Shown piece by piece: positions 1 to 8,429 of a stretch of DNA of 64,000 nucleotides. Position 1 is the first letter of the stretch. Every line of letters starts with the position of its first letter. Origin of the DNA: Candidatus Poribacteria bacterium (GTDB taxonomy: Bacteria; Poribacteria; WGA-4E; WGA-3G); NCBI GenBank assembly GCA_965242965.1, contig OZ251518.1, positions 32,001-96,000 on the forward strand, in the 5' to 3' direction. The notes under the pieces were generated by a model. It had not been told where the DNA came from. It made no database searches and was given only the letters and a program-made list of their open reading frames with translations. The translations under genes and the position numbers were made by a program.

Positions 1-295
1 GGCCTGTCCCCCGCGATCTACCGACCGAAACGAGAACCGTCCGCAGCCCGGAGGCCACGGACGTTTGCTGTTAAGACCGAGGCACGGCGAGGGACAGGCC
101 CTCGCCCTACGGTTCGGGGGCACGGTTTGGATAGCCACGAAAGAAAAAGCATATTAAGGTCCTACAGACCTTAGCCACCTTCGCGTCGCATTGCTCTATA
201 GACATTACGGTCTTACGGACCTAAAGAGACGTTTTATCGTGCTAAAACAAACATGCATCGAGACCAGGAGGTCTCTCCTACTCTAAAGAGACGTT
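1..295. repeat. Mosaic cluster of REP-like palindromes (families A, B, D)
   Basis: Contains GGCCTGTCCCCCGCG, GGCGAGGGACAGGCCCTCGCCCTACG, AGGTCCTACAGACCT and TCGAGACCAGGAGGTCTCTCCTAC units that recur throughout the window. Confidence 0.9.
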
Positions 296-304
296 TTATA
301 CAGT

Positions 305-333
305 TTGACAAAATGTGAGATTGCCTGTAAAAT
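305..333 (+). promoter_or_regulatory. sigma70-type promoter for the GH32 gene
   Basis: TTGACA-17 bp-TAAAAT. Confidence 0.75.
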
Positions 334-366
334 ATAATGCATATTACTCCAATAAGGATACAACGC

Positions 367-1713
367 ATGATCCAAACTGCTTACAAGGAAGCGTATCGTC
401 CGCAATTCCATTTCACGCCGAAAACGAATTGGACGAACGACCCGAACGGCTTAATCCACTACAAAGGCGAGTTCCATCTCTTCTTCCAGCACAACCCCTT
501 CGGCATCGATTGGGGAAATATGACATGGGGACACGCTGTCAGTCCAGATTTGGTGCATTGGAAACAACTGCCGCACGCGCTTCATCCCGATGAACTCGGC
601 ACGATTTTCTCCGGTTCCGGTGTCGTTGACTGGAACAATACCGGGGGATTCCAGACCGGCGACGAAGCGGTGCTGGTAAATTTCTATACCTCTGCCGGGA
701 GTCACGCTCCCGAACCGGTGCCGTTTACGCAAAGCATCGCCTATAGCAACGACCGGGGTAGAAGTTGGACGAAATATGAGGGAAATCCTGTCATTGAGCA
801 CATCGTCGGGAGCAACCGCGATCCGAAGGTGATTTGGCATGAACCGACGCAAAAGTGGATAATGGCACTTTACCTTGACAAAAACGACTACGCGCTGTTC
901 GGTTCAACGAACCTCAAGGAGTGGACGCGGCTCTCCGATTTACAGATTCCGGACACGGAATGCCCGGATATTTTTGAGTTGCCGGTTGATGGGGATGCGG
1001 AGAATACCCGGTGGGTTTTCTGGGGCGCAGCCGGGAAGTATTACGTTGGCGATTTTGATGGCACCACTTTTACGCCGGAAGACGATGCACATCGCGCAGA
1101 CTACGGTGCCAATTTCTACGCCGCGCAAACGTGGAGTGATGTCCCTGCCTCGGACGGCCGCTGCATCCAGATTGCATGGATGAGCGGCAGTAAGCCGCCG
1201 GAGATGCCCTTTAATCAGCAGATGAGTTTCCCCTGTGAATTGACGCTTCGGACAACGTCGGAAGGCATCCGCTTGCATCGGGAGCCGGTGGCCGAGATTG
1301 AGACTCTCCATGCCTACACGCACGCTTGGAGCAACATCGCGCTGAAACCGGGCGAAGACCTGCTGGCAGGTTTAACAGGCGAACTGTTTGATATCCGTGC
1401 TGAAGTGGAGTTAAACGGTGCATCCGCTGTCGGTTTCAAAATTCGCGGCGAAGATGTCCGTTACGATGTCGCTGAGAAGCAGCTCACCTTTCTTGAGCGC
1501 AGCGGACCGCTCGTGCCGCAAGATGGCAAGATTCGGCTGCACCTTCTCGTAGATCGTATCTCCATAGAGGCGTTCGGCAACAACGGCGCACTCTCAATGA
1601 CTTCATATTTTCTTCCAGAGTTGGATAACGCGGACATCGGTATTTACGCGGAGGGCGGCACGGCAACGCTGGTATCGCTGAAGGTGCATGAGTTGAAGTC
1701 GGCGTGGGTATAA
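367..1713 (+). CDS. Glycoside hydrolase family 32 (levanase/beta-fructofuranosidase)
   Basis: WTNDPNG, FSGS, RDP and ECPD motifs; ORF is open from 337, ATG 367 follows an AGGA RBS. Confidence 0.93.
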   Translation: MIQTAYKEAYRPQFHFTPKTNWTNDPNGLIHYKGEFHLFFQHNPFGIDWGNMTWGHAVSPDLVHWKQLPHALHPDELGTIFSGSGVVDWNNTGGFQTGDEAVLVNFYTSAGSHAPEPVPFTQSIAYSNDRGRSWTKYEGNPVIEHIVGSNRDPKVIWHEPTQKWIMALYLDKNDYALFGSTNLKEWTRLSDLQIPDTECPDIFELPVDGDAENTRWVFWGAAGKYYVGDFDGTTFTPEDDAHRADYGANFYAAQTWSDVPASDGRCIQIAWMSGSKPPEMPFNQQMSFPCELTLRTTSEGIRLHREPVAEIETLHAYTHAWSNIALKPGEDLLAGLTGELFDIRAEVELNGASAVGFKIRGEDVRYDVAEKQLTFLERSGPLVPQDGKIRLHLLVDRISIEAFGNNGALSMTSYFLPELDNADIGIYAEGGTATLVSLKVHELKSAWV

Positions 1714-1715
1714 TA

Positions 1716-1922
1716 GAGGGGATTTCATATATCAATGCCTTCCCGGTAGGAGGGACATCCCTGTCCCGATACGCACCACATCGAGACCAGGAGGTCTCTC
1801 CTACGGGGAAGCCGCCTTGCAGCGAGACTCTCTGGTAGGAGGGACATCCCTGTCCCGATATGAAATCGAGACCAGGAGGTCTCTCCTACGGGGAAGACAT
1901 CGCTTGCATCGAGACCGGGAGG
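1716..1922. mobile_element. Truncated TIR-bounded repeat element (one end only)
   Basis: GAGGGGATTTCATATATCAATGCCTTCCC matches the reverse complement of the end of the 18347-18942 element, followed by REP units; cut off at the yjbQ stop. Confidence 0.65.
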
Positions 1923-2333
1923 CTAGGTATAGAGCGTCGCTATCAAATTGCGTCTGCCGCCTTGATTGCGGAATTCGCAGAGATAGATGCCCTGCCACAC
2001 GCCTAAATCCAAGCGATAATTCGCAATTGGGACGGACACGGCGAATCCGACAAGCGACGCTTTAATATGCGCGGGCATATCGTCATCGCCTTCTATCGTA
2101 TGCCGATAAAAGGGTTCGCGCTCTTTAACGAGCCGGTCGAAACTGTTGGCGAAGTCTTCCCGCACCGTCGCATCGGCGTTTTCGTTGATGGTGAGTCCTG
2201 CCGACGTATGCTTGATAAACAGGTGCAGGATGCCATCTTTCGGCAGTTCACCGACGGATTTCAGGATTTCATCGGTGATGAGATGAAACCCGCGCGGGTA
2301 TTCGGGTAGAGTGAACTCAATGTGTTGAATCAT
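1923..2333 (-). CDS. yjbQ: YjbQ/UPF0047 family protein
   Basis: HTSAGLTINEN, AHIKASL and LGVWQGIYLCEF motifs. Confidence 0.9.
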   Translation of the reverse strand: MIQHIEFTLPEYPRGFHLITDEILKSVGELPKDGILHLFIKHTSAGLTINENADATVREDFANSFDRLVKEREPFYRHTIEGDDDMPAHIKASLVGFAVSVPIANYRLDLGVWQGIYLCEFRNQGGRRNLIATLYT

Positions 2334-2372
2334 CAGGACAGTTTGCTCCAAAAAAGAAGAGGTTTTGTATCA

Positions 2373-3167
2373 ATGGATATTATCTGTGCTTCGATTTGCT
2401 ACCGAGGTTACGCTGAAGATGAGGTAGCCGCAACGTTGGAATACGCGCCAAAAATCGGTTACCGTCTCATGGAAATTCACGGGCCCCTGATCTGGAGCGT
2501 TGATGCCGCACACGCGTTTGACGCGGACAGCATGAAAGCAAAAATTGACGCATCCGGCATGCGATGCGCGGGGCTCTATCCTCCAGGATGGGGTGGACAG
2601 GACGATGCCGATGTCCGCGCCCGCGCCGAGGCAATTGCAAAATGTGCTGAGATTGCCTCGGCACTCAACGCAACGCACCTCACAACGAGCGGTGCGCAAC
2701 GCCGGACAGAGCCTGGTGCGTTAGACAGAGTCATCGCTTGCGTGCAAGAAGTGTTGGCACGCATACCCGCCGAAAGTCCCATCAAGTTGACGCTTGAGCC
2801 GCACCACGGGAACGTTCTCCAGCAACCAGAGGATTTCCAACGCGTGCTTGACGTGATTCCCGATGAACGGGTGGGTATCTGTATTGATACCGGGCATTTC
2901 CACACGTCAGGTGTTGACACGTTGGCGGCGATTCGGCAATTCGCTTCGCGCATCTATGCCGTGCATCTGAAGGACCATCTCGGTGCAGTATCTGTCGGCA
3001 TCGGGCGCGGAGAACTTGACCTGCAGCAGATTATCGGCACCCTGCAAGAAGTCGGCTACTCAGGCGATTTGACGCTGGAGTTGGAAGTGGAAGACCCCGA
3101 GAACTTGCCTCGCTATACAGAGGAGGCTTATTTCTATCTCAGCGGAATGCTAGGGCTGCAGCTATAA
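2373..3167 (+). CDS. Sugar phosphate isomerase/epimerase (xylose isomerase-like TIM barrel)
   Basis: LEPHH, DTGHF, VHLKD and GxGELD...LELE motifs; ATG 2373 follows GAGG. Confidence 0.85.
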   Translation: MDIICASICYRGYAEDEVAATLEYAPKIGYRLMEIHGPLIWSVDAAHAFDADSMKAKIDASGMRCAGLYPPGWGGQDDADVRARAEAIAKCAEIASALNATHLTTSGAQRRTEPGALDRVIACVQEVLARIPAESPIKLTLEPHHGNVLQQPEDFQRVLDVIPDERVGICIDTGHFHTSGVDTLAAIRQFASRIYAVHLKDHLGAVSVGIGRGELDLQQIIGTLQEVGYSGDLTLELEVEDPENLPRYTEEAYFYLSGMLGLQL

Positions 3168-3189
3168 CTTTTCCGAAGCGCGTTTAGTT

Positions 3190-3409
3190 CTCCAACCAGA
3201 AGGCATCGGGCCCACCTCTGTAGTTCGGGATCGCCCGATCCCGAACGGGTCAAGATCAGGCGATTTTGACCTATAGGGGGCATGCGGTCTGACACCAAAA
3301 CGCATGGCGAGGGACAGGTTTTCCCACCGCCCTACGTGAAGGGGCGGCGTTTTTTTCCCGTAGCGCGGGGCCTGTCACCGCAACGTTGAGCGATTTATGA
3401 AACACCCAC
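3190..3409. mobile_element. ~230-bp composite repeat element, right TIR retained
   Basis: Same internal module order as 10640-10837, 41580-41786 and 60030-60230; ends TTATGAAACACCCAC. Confidence 0.7.
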
Positions 3410-3412
3410 GTG

Positions 3413-4144
3413 TTACCCGCGTCCGACATAGAGCTGCCCTACCGGTAGCACCGTCGCCTCCAACATATTGATATTCGGGGGTAGCGTTGCCATGAGGACA
3501 GCGGCTTGCGCCAGATCATCCACGTCCATCATCGGTTCAGTGGGCGGCTGCGGCCGGTTTTGGACGCGCTCAACATAGGTGTTGCCGGGTTGCAAGCAGC
3601 TCGCCGTGATGCCGTGCGGTCTGCCTTCTAATGCAGTCACTTGCGTTAATCCCCAGATGCCGAATTTACTGGCACTATAAGGCGCGGTGCGCGGGCGAAC
3701 GCGGTGCGCGGAAATACTGCCGACGTTGATGATGCGTCCGCCTTGTCCCTGCGCCTTCATAATCCGCACTGCTTCCCGCGTGCAGAGGAAAGGCGCGCGG
3801 AGGTTCACCCCGATAACCCAGTCCCATGCCTCGGTTGAGAGTTCGTCGATTGGGCCGCCATCAAACGCGCCAGCGTTGTTTACCATGATGTCCAGCCTGC
3901 CGTATTCCGCCATCGCTTTCTCAAAGAGTGCCTGAATCTGTGCCTCATCCGTCACATCGGTGGGCACAGCCAAGACACGTGTGCCATTTGCGCGGATTTC
4001 ATCGGCGGTTTGCGCTAACAACTCGGCATTTCGCGCCGCGATGGTGAGGGATGCGCCTTCGGCGGCGAGTCCTTTGGCAATGCCTTTACCGATGCCGCGG
4101 TTGCCGCCTGTCACAATTGCGACTTTTCCGTCTAATTGTCCCAT
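3413..4144 (-). CDS. Short-chain dehydrogenase/reductase
   Basis: TGGNRGIG, NNAG and YSASK motifs. Confidence 0.93.
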   Translation of the reverse strand: MGQLDGKVAIVTGGNRGIGKGIAKGLAAEGASLTIAARNAELLAQTADEIRANGTRVLAVPTDVTDEAQIQALFEKAMAEYGRLDIMVNNAGAFDGGPIDELSTEAWDWVIGVNLRAPFLCTREAVRIMKAQGQGGRIINVGSISAHRVRPRTAPYSASKFGIWGLTQVTALEGRPHGITASCLQPGNTYVERVQNRPQPPTEPMMDVDDLAQAAVLMATLPPNINMLEATVLPVGQLYVGRG

Positions 4145-4175
4145 TATGAATTCTCCTATTTTCGTTGTTCTCAGC

Positions 4176-4375
4176 GTTAGCGTGGCGGGGGACAGGCCCC
4201 CGCCCTACGTATAGAGTAAGCGTCTCCATATTTTTAGCATGGCGGGGGACAGGCCCCCGCCCTACGTAAGTGAGTGTTTCCATGTTCCTAGCGTTTAGCA
4301 TGGCGGGGGACAGGCCCCCGCCCTACGTAAGCAAGGCGGTTTTTGGCACGGCAGGGGACAGGCCCCGCCCTACGT
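4176..4375. repeat. Four tandem REP-A units, mostly at ~60-bp period
   Basis: GGCGGGGGACAGGCCCCCGCCCTACGTA repeated with mutually similar spacers. Confidence 0.9.
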
Positions 4376-5071
4376 ACGCGAGTCTGACAACAGTTCTGCT
4401 AACAAACTTTCGGTTCTAACTGCATGCGTTTTGTCGCCAGCGAGCCGCATCGTAGCGAGATGCGCGTGTAAGAACGCCACGTCTGCAGGGGTATCCACAT
4501 CATACCACGGCGGCAGGAGCCCCAGTGTTGCGCCTGTTGAAAGCACGCGATCGACCGTCTGTTGGAAAACGGACTCAGTGCTCCACGCGATGTCCTCAAA
4601 AACAAAAGGCACTGTCTTCGCGAGGTTCACCGCAGAAAATCCGATGAGGTAATAGCCTCCATCCATACTCGGTCCCAGCACAACATCCCGCGAGTCAAGC
4701 GTCGCAATTGCTTGAGAAACGAACGAAAGTGGCAGCGTCGGGCTGTCGGAACCAACGATTAAAATCTTCGGATACCCTCGTTCGGCTGCCCACTGCGTCG
4801 CTGAGATGAGGCGTTCTCCGAGGTTATCGCCAACTTGCGGTATGTAGATGGCATCTTTCCCGATTAACGCTTGTAAATCGGGGAGACTCTCTGGTGGTGT
4901 ATACGCGATAATCCGCGCGGCATTGGGCAGTGCAGCGAGCGTTTCGCACCAATCCATGAGAAACGCGCGATATAACCGTGCCGCTTGCTTAGGCGATAGT
5001 TGGGGAATAAGCCGCGTTTTGACCTGGTGCGGCATCGGGTTCTTCGCGAAGATGATTAAACACGTTTTCAT
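4370..5071 (-). CDS. TIGR04282/DUF2064 family glycosyltransferase-like protein
   Basis: IFAK..P..VKTRL, GSDSP, GP.DGGYYLIG and WYDVDT motifs. Confidence 0.88.
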   Translation of the reverse strand: MKTCLIIFAKNPMPHQVKTRLIPQLSPKQAARLYRAFLMDWCETLAALPNAARIIAYTPPESLPDLQALIGKDAIYIPQVGDNLGERLISATQWAAERGYPKILIVGSDSPTLPLSFVSQAIATLDSRDVVLGPSMDGGYYLIGFSAVNLAKTVPFVFEDIAWSTESVFQQTVDRVLSTGATLGLLPPWYDVDTPADVAFLHAHLATMRLAGDKTHAVRTESLLAELLSDSRT

Positions 5072-5271
5072 CTTGTTTCCGCTGAATCTTGCTTGTTGAC
5101 GACTTCAATGTAGAAGTCCACCGTGCCTTCAAAAGCGTCGCGCAGTTCCTCGTCGGTATCTCCGTGAAAACCGACAATATCCTCAATATTAATAACGTGG
5201 CCGACAAAGCAGCCATCCTCTTCGCTATAGTGAATTTCGGCGGTATAGCCCCGATGCGTCATTGTTTTCAT
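5068..5271 (-). CDS. HicB-family antitoxin-like protein (N-terminal domain only, 67 aa)
   Basis: M.HRGYTAEIHYSEED..FVGHV..I.DIVGFHG...ELR.AF...VD.Y pattern; no hicA adjacent. Confidence 0.75.
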   Translation of the reverse strand: MKTMTHRGYTAEIHYSEEDGCFVGHVINIEDIVGFHGDTDEELRDAFEGTVDFYIEVVNKQDSAETR

Positions 5272-5333
5272 GGTGTTATCCCTATCTTTTCTAAGAAAAT
5301 CCGCGCGTCGCGAATAAGTATACCACGTTAACT

Positions 5334-5681
5334 GAGGATGTTTCATAAATCCCCGTAGGAGAGACCTCCTGGTCTCGATGCAATAGGACAGCGCGCCTAT
5401 CGGGGTCGCGGCGGCAGAAAGCCCCCCCCTTCATCGTAGGGCGAGGGCCTGTCCCTCGCCAGTGCTCGCGCAATCCAACGCGCGCGGGGGACAGGCCCCC
5501 GCGCTACGACGAAAAAAACGTCTCTTAGGTCCTAAAGGACCTAAAACGCCCCTCTTGCCGATGGCCAACGCGGGGGACAGGCCCCCGCGCTACGGGAATA
5601 TCGAGACCCGGAGGTCTCTCCTACCGGAAATCGAGCCCCGAGGTCTCTCCTACCGAACGCATCGAAATATGAAACACCCTC
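5334..5681. mobile_element. MITE-like element with TIRs and 9-bp TSD
   Basis: GAGGATGTTTCATA...TATGAAACACCCTC, flanked by ACGTTAACT at 5325-5333 and 5682-5690. Confidence 0.88.
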
Positions 5682-5715
5682 ACGTTAACTCGGAAAATGG
5701 CAAAGGAAAAACCGA

Positions 5716-6747
5716 CTACCTGTCCTCAATTAACTCGCGAACCGGCGGATTCTCTGGTGCCGCGGGCGGACGTTGACTTAACCACCACGCCAACACCATC
5801 GCAAAGCACACAAGGATAATCGCGGTGAATGCTATCGGGATGCCTTTTACCTGCCCCTCACTCGCATCGATCTGGGACTTGGCAACAATGGCAGAGACCA
5901 CGCTAACCAGCGAAAGCCCGAGGATAACTGCCCACGGCATCTGAAAAAGCGAAGCGAATAGGGCAATAACTGCAACGGAAAGACTCAGTGTGGCAAGCGC
6001 GTTGTAGGGACGCGTATCGCCGGCATCGGAGGAGAGAGTGTCGGCATGTCCAGGCAAAATCGGGACAGGGGCACCCTCTTGGTACGTCATCTCAATGAGG
6101 CGAATAAATTCCGCCAGCACTTTTTCCTGTCGAATCCACTCAAAAAGCGTGGGGTATTCGTGCCGGAGGAGGATGACAAACTCTTGACGTTGCGCGCTAA
6201 AATCGGTGAACTCTTCCCATTCGTTTTCTGGCACGGTGATAAACGGTTCAGGTCCGACGCGAATCTCATATCCTTTCTCAGGCACATAGACAACACTGCC
6301 GAGTCCTTCGCGTTCGGCAAGCGTTAATTCCCCAGAATCTGTCGAATCCTGCTGTTGGCTTTCCGCTGCGGCGACGGCGGCTAAATCGCGCTGCTTGAGC
6401 ACTTCCGCCGCTTCCTCGTGCCGGTTCGCCATCTCGTTATCCGTAATGGCAACGCCGATGCGGCTTACCAACTCCATAGCGGCAACCTGATGTTCCTGCT
6501 CCACTAACAGCGCGATTTGGCGTTCTGAGCGGACCTTGAGTGGACGGCATCGGATTTGCTGTGCCTCCAACGTCGTCTGAACAAGTTTTGCTTCCCACTC
6601 GTCTTTAGTGCGATGGATCTCCACCCAATTTGAAGGATGGGACCCCTCTGAACCTACTAATTGAGAAGCCTGTTCTAGTGTGCCGCTGCCGACTTTTATG
6701 TCGTTATACGGAGGCGTGGTAACCGTTTTTCTTGTTTCCATTTTCAC
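5716..6747 (-). CDS. Hypothetical membrane protein (N-terminal DUF2007-like segment, C-terminal DUF4190-like TM hairpins)
   Basis: 343-aa ORF directly downstream of queE; hydrophobic C-terminus with NALATLSL...KGIPIA pattern. Confidence 0.65.
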   Translation of the reverse strand: MKMETRKTVTTPPYNDIKVGSGTLEQASQLVGSEGSHPSNWVEIHRTKDEWEAKLVQTTLEAQQIRCRPLKVRSERQIALLVEQEHQVAAMELVSRIGVAITDNEMANRHEEAAEVLKQRDLAAVAAAESQQQDSTDSGELTLAEREGLGSVVYVPEKGYEIRVGPEPFITVPENEWEEFTDFSAQRQEFVILLRHEYPTLFEWIRQEKVLAEFIRLIEMTYQEGAPVPILPGHADTLSSDAGDTRPYNALATLSLSVAVIALFASLFQMPWAVILGLSLVSVVSAIVAKSQIDASEGQVKGIPIAFTAIILVCFAMVLAWWLSQRPPAAPENPPVRELIEDR

Positions 6748-6754
6748 AGCCCTG

Positions 6755-7435
6755 TCATACCCCGCGTTTGTCGCCCCAGATATCTACATGCACGCGCGGC
6801 GAATAGCGATACCCGTTCGCTTTACAGAGTTCAACCAGCCATTCCTGCTTCTGCTGGAGCATCTGCGGCGTTATCCCTTGAGGCATCAGCAGAATTGTCT
6901 CGGCAGGAATGCCGATGTCCGCCTGCAACGCTTGAATTTCCGCCAAGTCATCGGGGGTATCTACGACAAATTTGACTTGGCACGGATACGCATCCAAAAA
7001 CTTGCGGATAACGTCAGGCCGAATGCGTTCGCGCTCGTGCCGTTTGAAAAAGCGATTGTCCACCGGCGGATTCGAGTTGCGCAACTTCGGGCTCATCGAA
7101 ATGAGGTGCGCCGCAACCTCTGCGAAGACCGTGGCGTTTGTCTCAATTGTGATGTGATGCTCACGCTTATCTAATTCGCGACAGAGGGCAATCAACGCCG
7201 CTGTCTGAATAAACGGTTCACCGCCAGTGATGACGACATGCTTGCAACCGTATTGCGCAATCGCCGCAACGCTTTCCGCGACGGTAATGTCCCTGTTTTC
7301 CGGCTCCCATGAAGTGTAAGGCGTGTCGCACCAAACGCAACGCAGGTTGCAATAGCTGGTCCGGAAGAAAACAGAGGGGACTCCGATGAGCTGCCCTTCG
7401 CCTTGGATGGTGTGGAAGAGTTCGCTGTATTTCAT
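6755..7435 (-). CDS. queE: 7-carboxy-7-deazaguanine synthase (radical SAM)
   Basis: ELFHTIQGEG, CNLRCVWCDT, ITGGEP, ETN and SPK motifs. Confidence 0.88.
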   Translation of the reverse strand: MKYSELFHTIQGEGQLIGVPSVFFRTSYCNLRCVWCDTPYTSWEPENRDITVAESVAAIAQYGCKHVVITGGEPFIQTAALIALCRELDKREHHITIETNATVFAEVAAHLISMSPKLRNSNPPVDNRFFKRHERERIRPDVIRKFLDAYPCQVKFVVDTPDDLAEIQALQADIGIPAETILLMPQGITPQMLQQKQEWLVELCKANGYRYSPRVHVDIWGDKRGV

Positions 7436-7455
7436 GGTTCTAACTAAGCGTGTGG

Positions 7456-7760
7456 TTGCATGGCGAGGGACAGGCCCTCGCCCTACGGGTTAAGAAGTCG
7501 TCAAAGCACAGCGAGGGACAGGCCCTCGCCCTACGGTGCCAGGAACCGTTCTTAGTCCCGTAGCGCGGGGGCCCTCGGATGCCATCCGCGCATCCGAGCG
7601 GGTTTCCCCCGCGTTCGTTGCATGGCGAGGGACAGGCCCTCGCCCTACGGTGCCAGGAACCGTTCTTAGTCCCGTAGCGCGGGGGCCTGTCCCCCGCGTT
7701 CGTTGGCTTGCGCGGATGCTGGCGAGGGACAGGCCCTCGCCCTACGGGTTAAGAAGTCAT
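7456..7760. repeat. REP-A cluster with tandem duplication and a loop-expanded REP
   Basis: Repeated GCGAGGGACAGGCCCTCGCCCTACGG and GTAGCGCGGGGGCC...CCCCCGCG in inverted pairs. Confidence 0.9.
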
Positions 7761-7782
7761 CTATCCCTCGCCTCACAGACAA

Positions 7783-8154
7783 CTAAGCCTCAATGAGTTC
7801 GATCTGGACGTTGTCGGGGCCCTTGAAAAACGCCATCATCAGGCCGGAGGGTTTCAGATCTTCAAGTTCTGCCCCTTTTGCCTGCAATTCGGCGACGGCT
7901 GCATCCAAGTCTTCGACGGTAAAGGCGAGTTGGTAGACACCCCAGCGCGGGTTGCCGCTGGTGGCCTCTATCTCCATGTCGCCCAGTTTCGGGGAGAGGA
8001 AAATCCGTTCCCCACCGATGTCCATTCGGACAATCTTCAAGCCCCGCACCTCAACGGTTTCGGTGACTTTTCCATCAAACATCTCTTGATAGTACTGAAT
8101 CGCGCCCCCCAGGTCTTCGCACCGGAGGTGGACGTGGTGAAATGTGTATGCCAT
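7783..8154 (-). CDS. VOC/glyoxalase family protein
   Basis: FHHVHLRC.DL..AI.YY, LAFTVEDL and FFKGPDNVQIELI motifs; GGAG RBS. Confidence 0.88.
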   Translation of the reverse strand: MAYTFHHVHLRCEDLGGAIQYYQEMFDGKVTETVEVRGLKIVRMDIGGERIFLSPKLGDMEIEATSGNPRWGVYQLAFTVEDLDAAVAELQAKGAELEDLKPSGLMMAFFKGPDNVQIELIEA

Positions 8155-8371
8155 AATGAAATCTCCTATAAACATTGCACGCCTCACGGCGTTTTGAAAG
8201 AATTGAACGTCTTCTCTGATTTCTTCGCGCCGCAACGGAAGCGCGGACTTTGTCAAGTTATGTCTATTTTCGCATAACGTTGATAATTTGTCAAGTTATT
8301 TTTCGAGAGTTTTTTTCGTAATGGAAACGATTGCGAGGGACAGGCCCTCGCACTACGGGCATCCAGCATTT

Positions 8372-8400
8372 TTGACATTCTAAACGCGATATGGTATCAT
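8372..8400 (+). promoter_or_regulatory. sigma70-type promoter
   Basis: TTGACA-17 bp-TATCAT with extended -10 TG. Confidence 0.75.
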
Positions 8401-8429
8401 AACTTCTGTTTGAAGGAGGAACAAGCCTG

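Noticed and set aside
1716-3409. Second cargo element enclosing yjbQ and the isomerase (left TIR 1716, right TIR 3409)
   Set aside because: No matching target duplication; more simply two separate partial elements
4176-4375. CRISPR-like ~28-bp palindromic repeats at ~60-bp period
   Set aside because: Spacers resemble each other, the repeat is the window-wide REP-A, and there are no cas genes or leader
4370-7435. queE or the TIGR04282 gene as part of a deazaguanine DNA-modification or arsenosugar/selenium cluster
   Set aside because: No dpdA, queC, queD, folE, TIGR04283 or partner radical SAM adjacent; selD is ~20 kb away
7456-7760. Second possible CRISPR array
   Set aside because: Spacers are duplicated and repeats occur in both orientations
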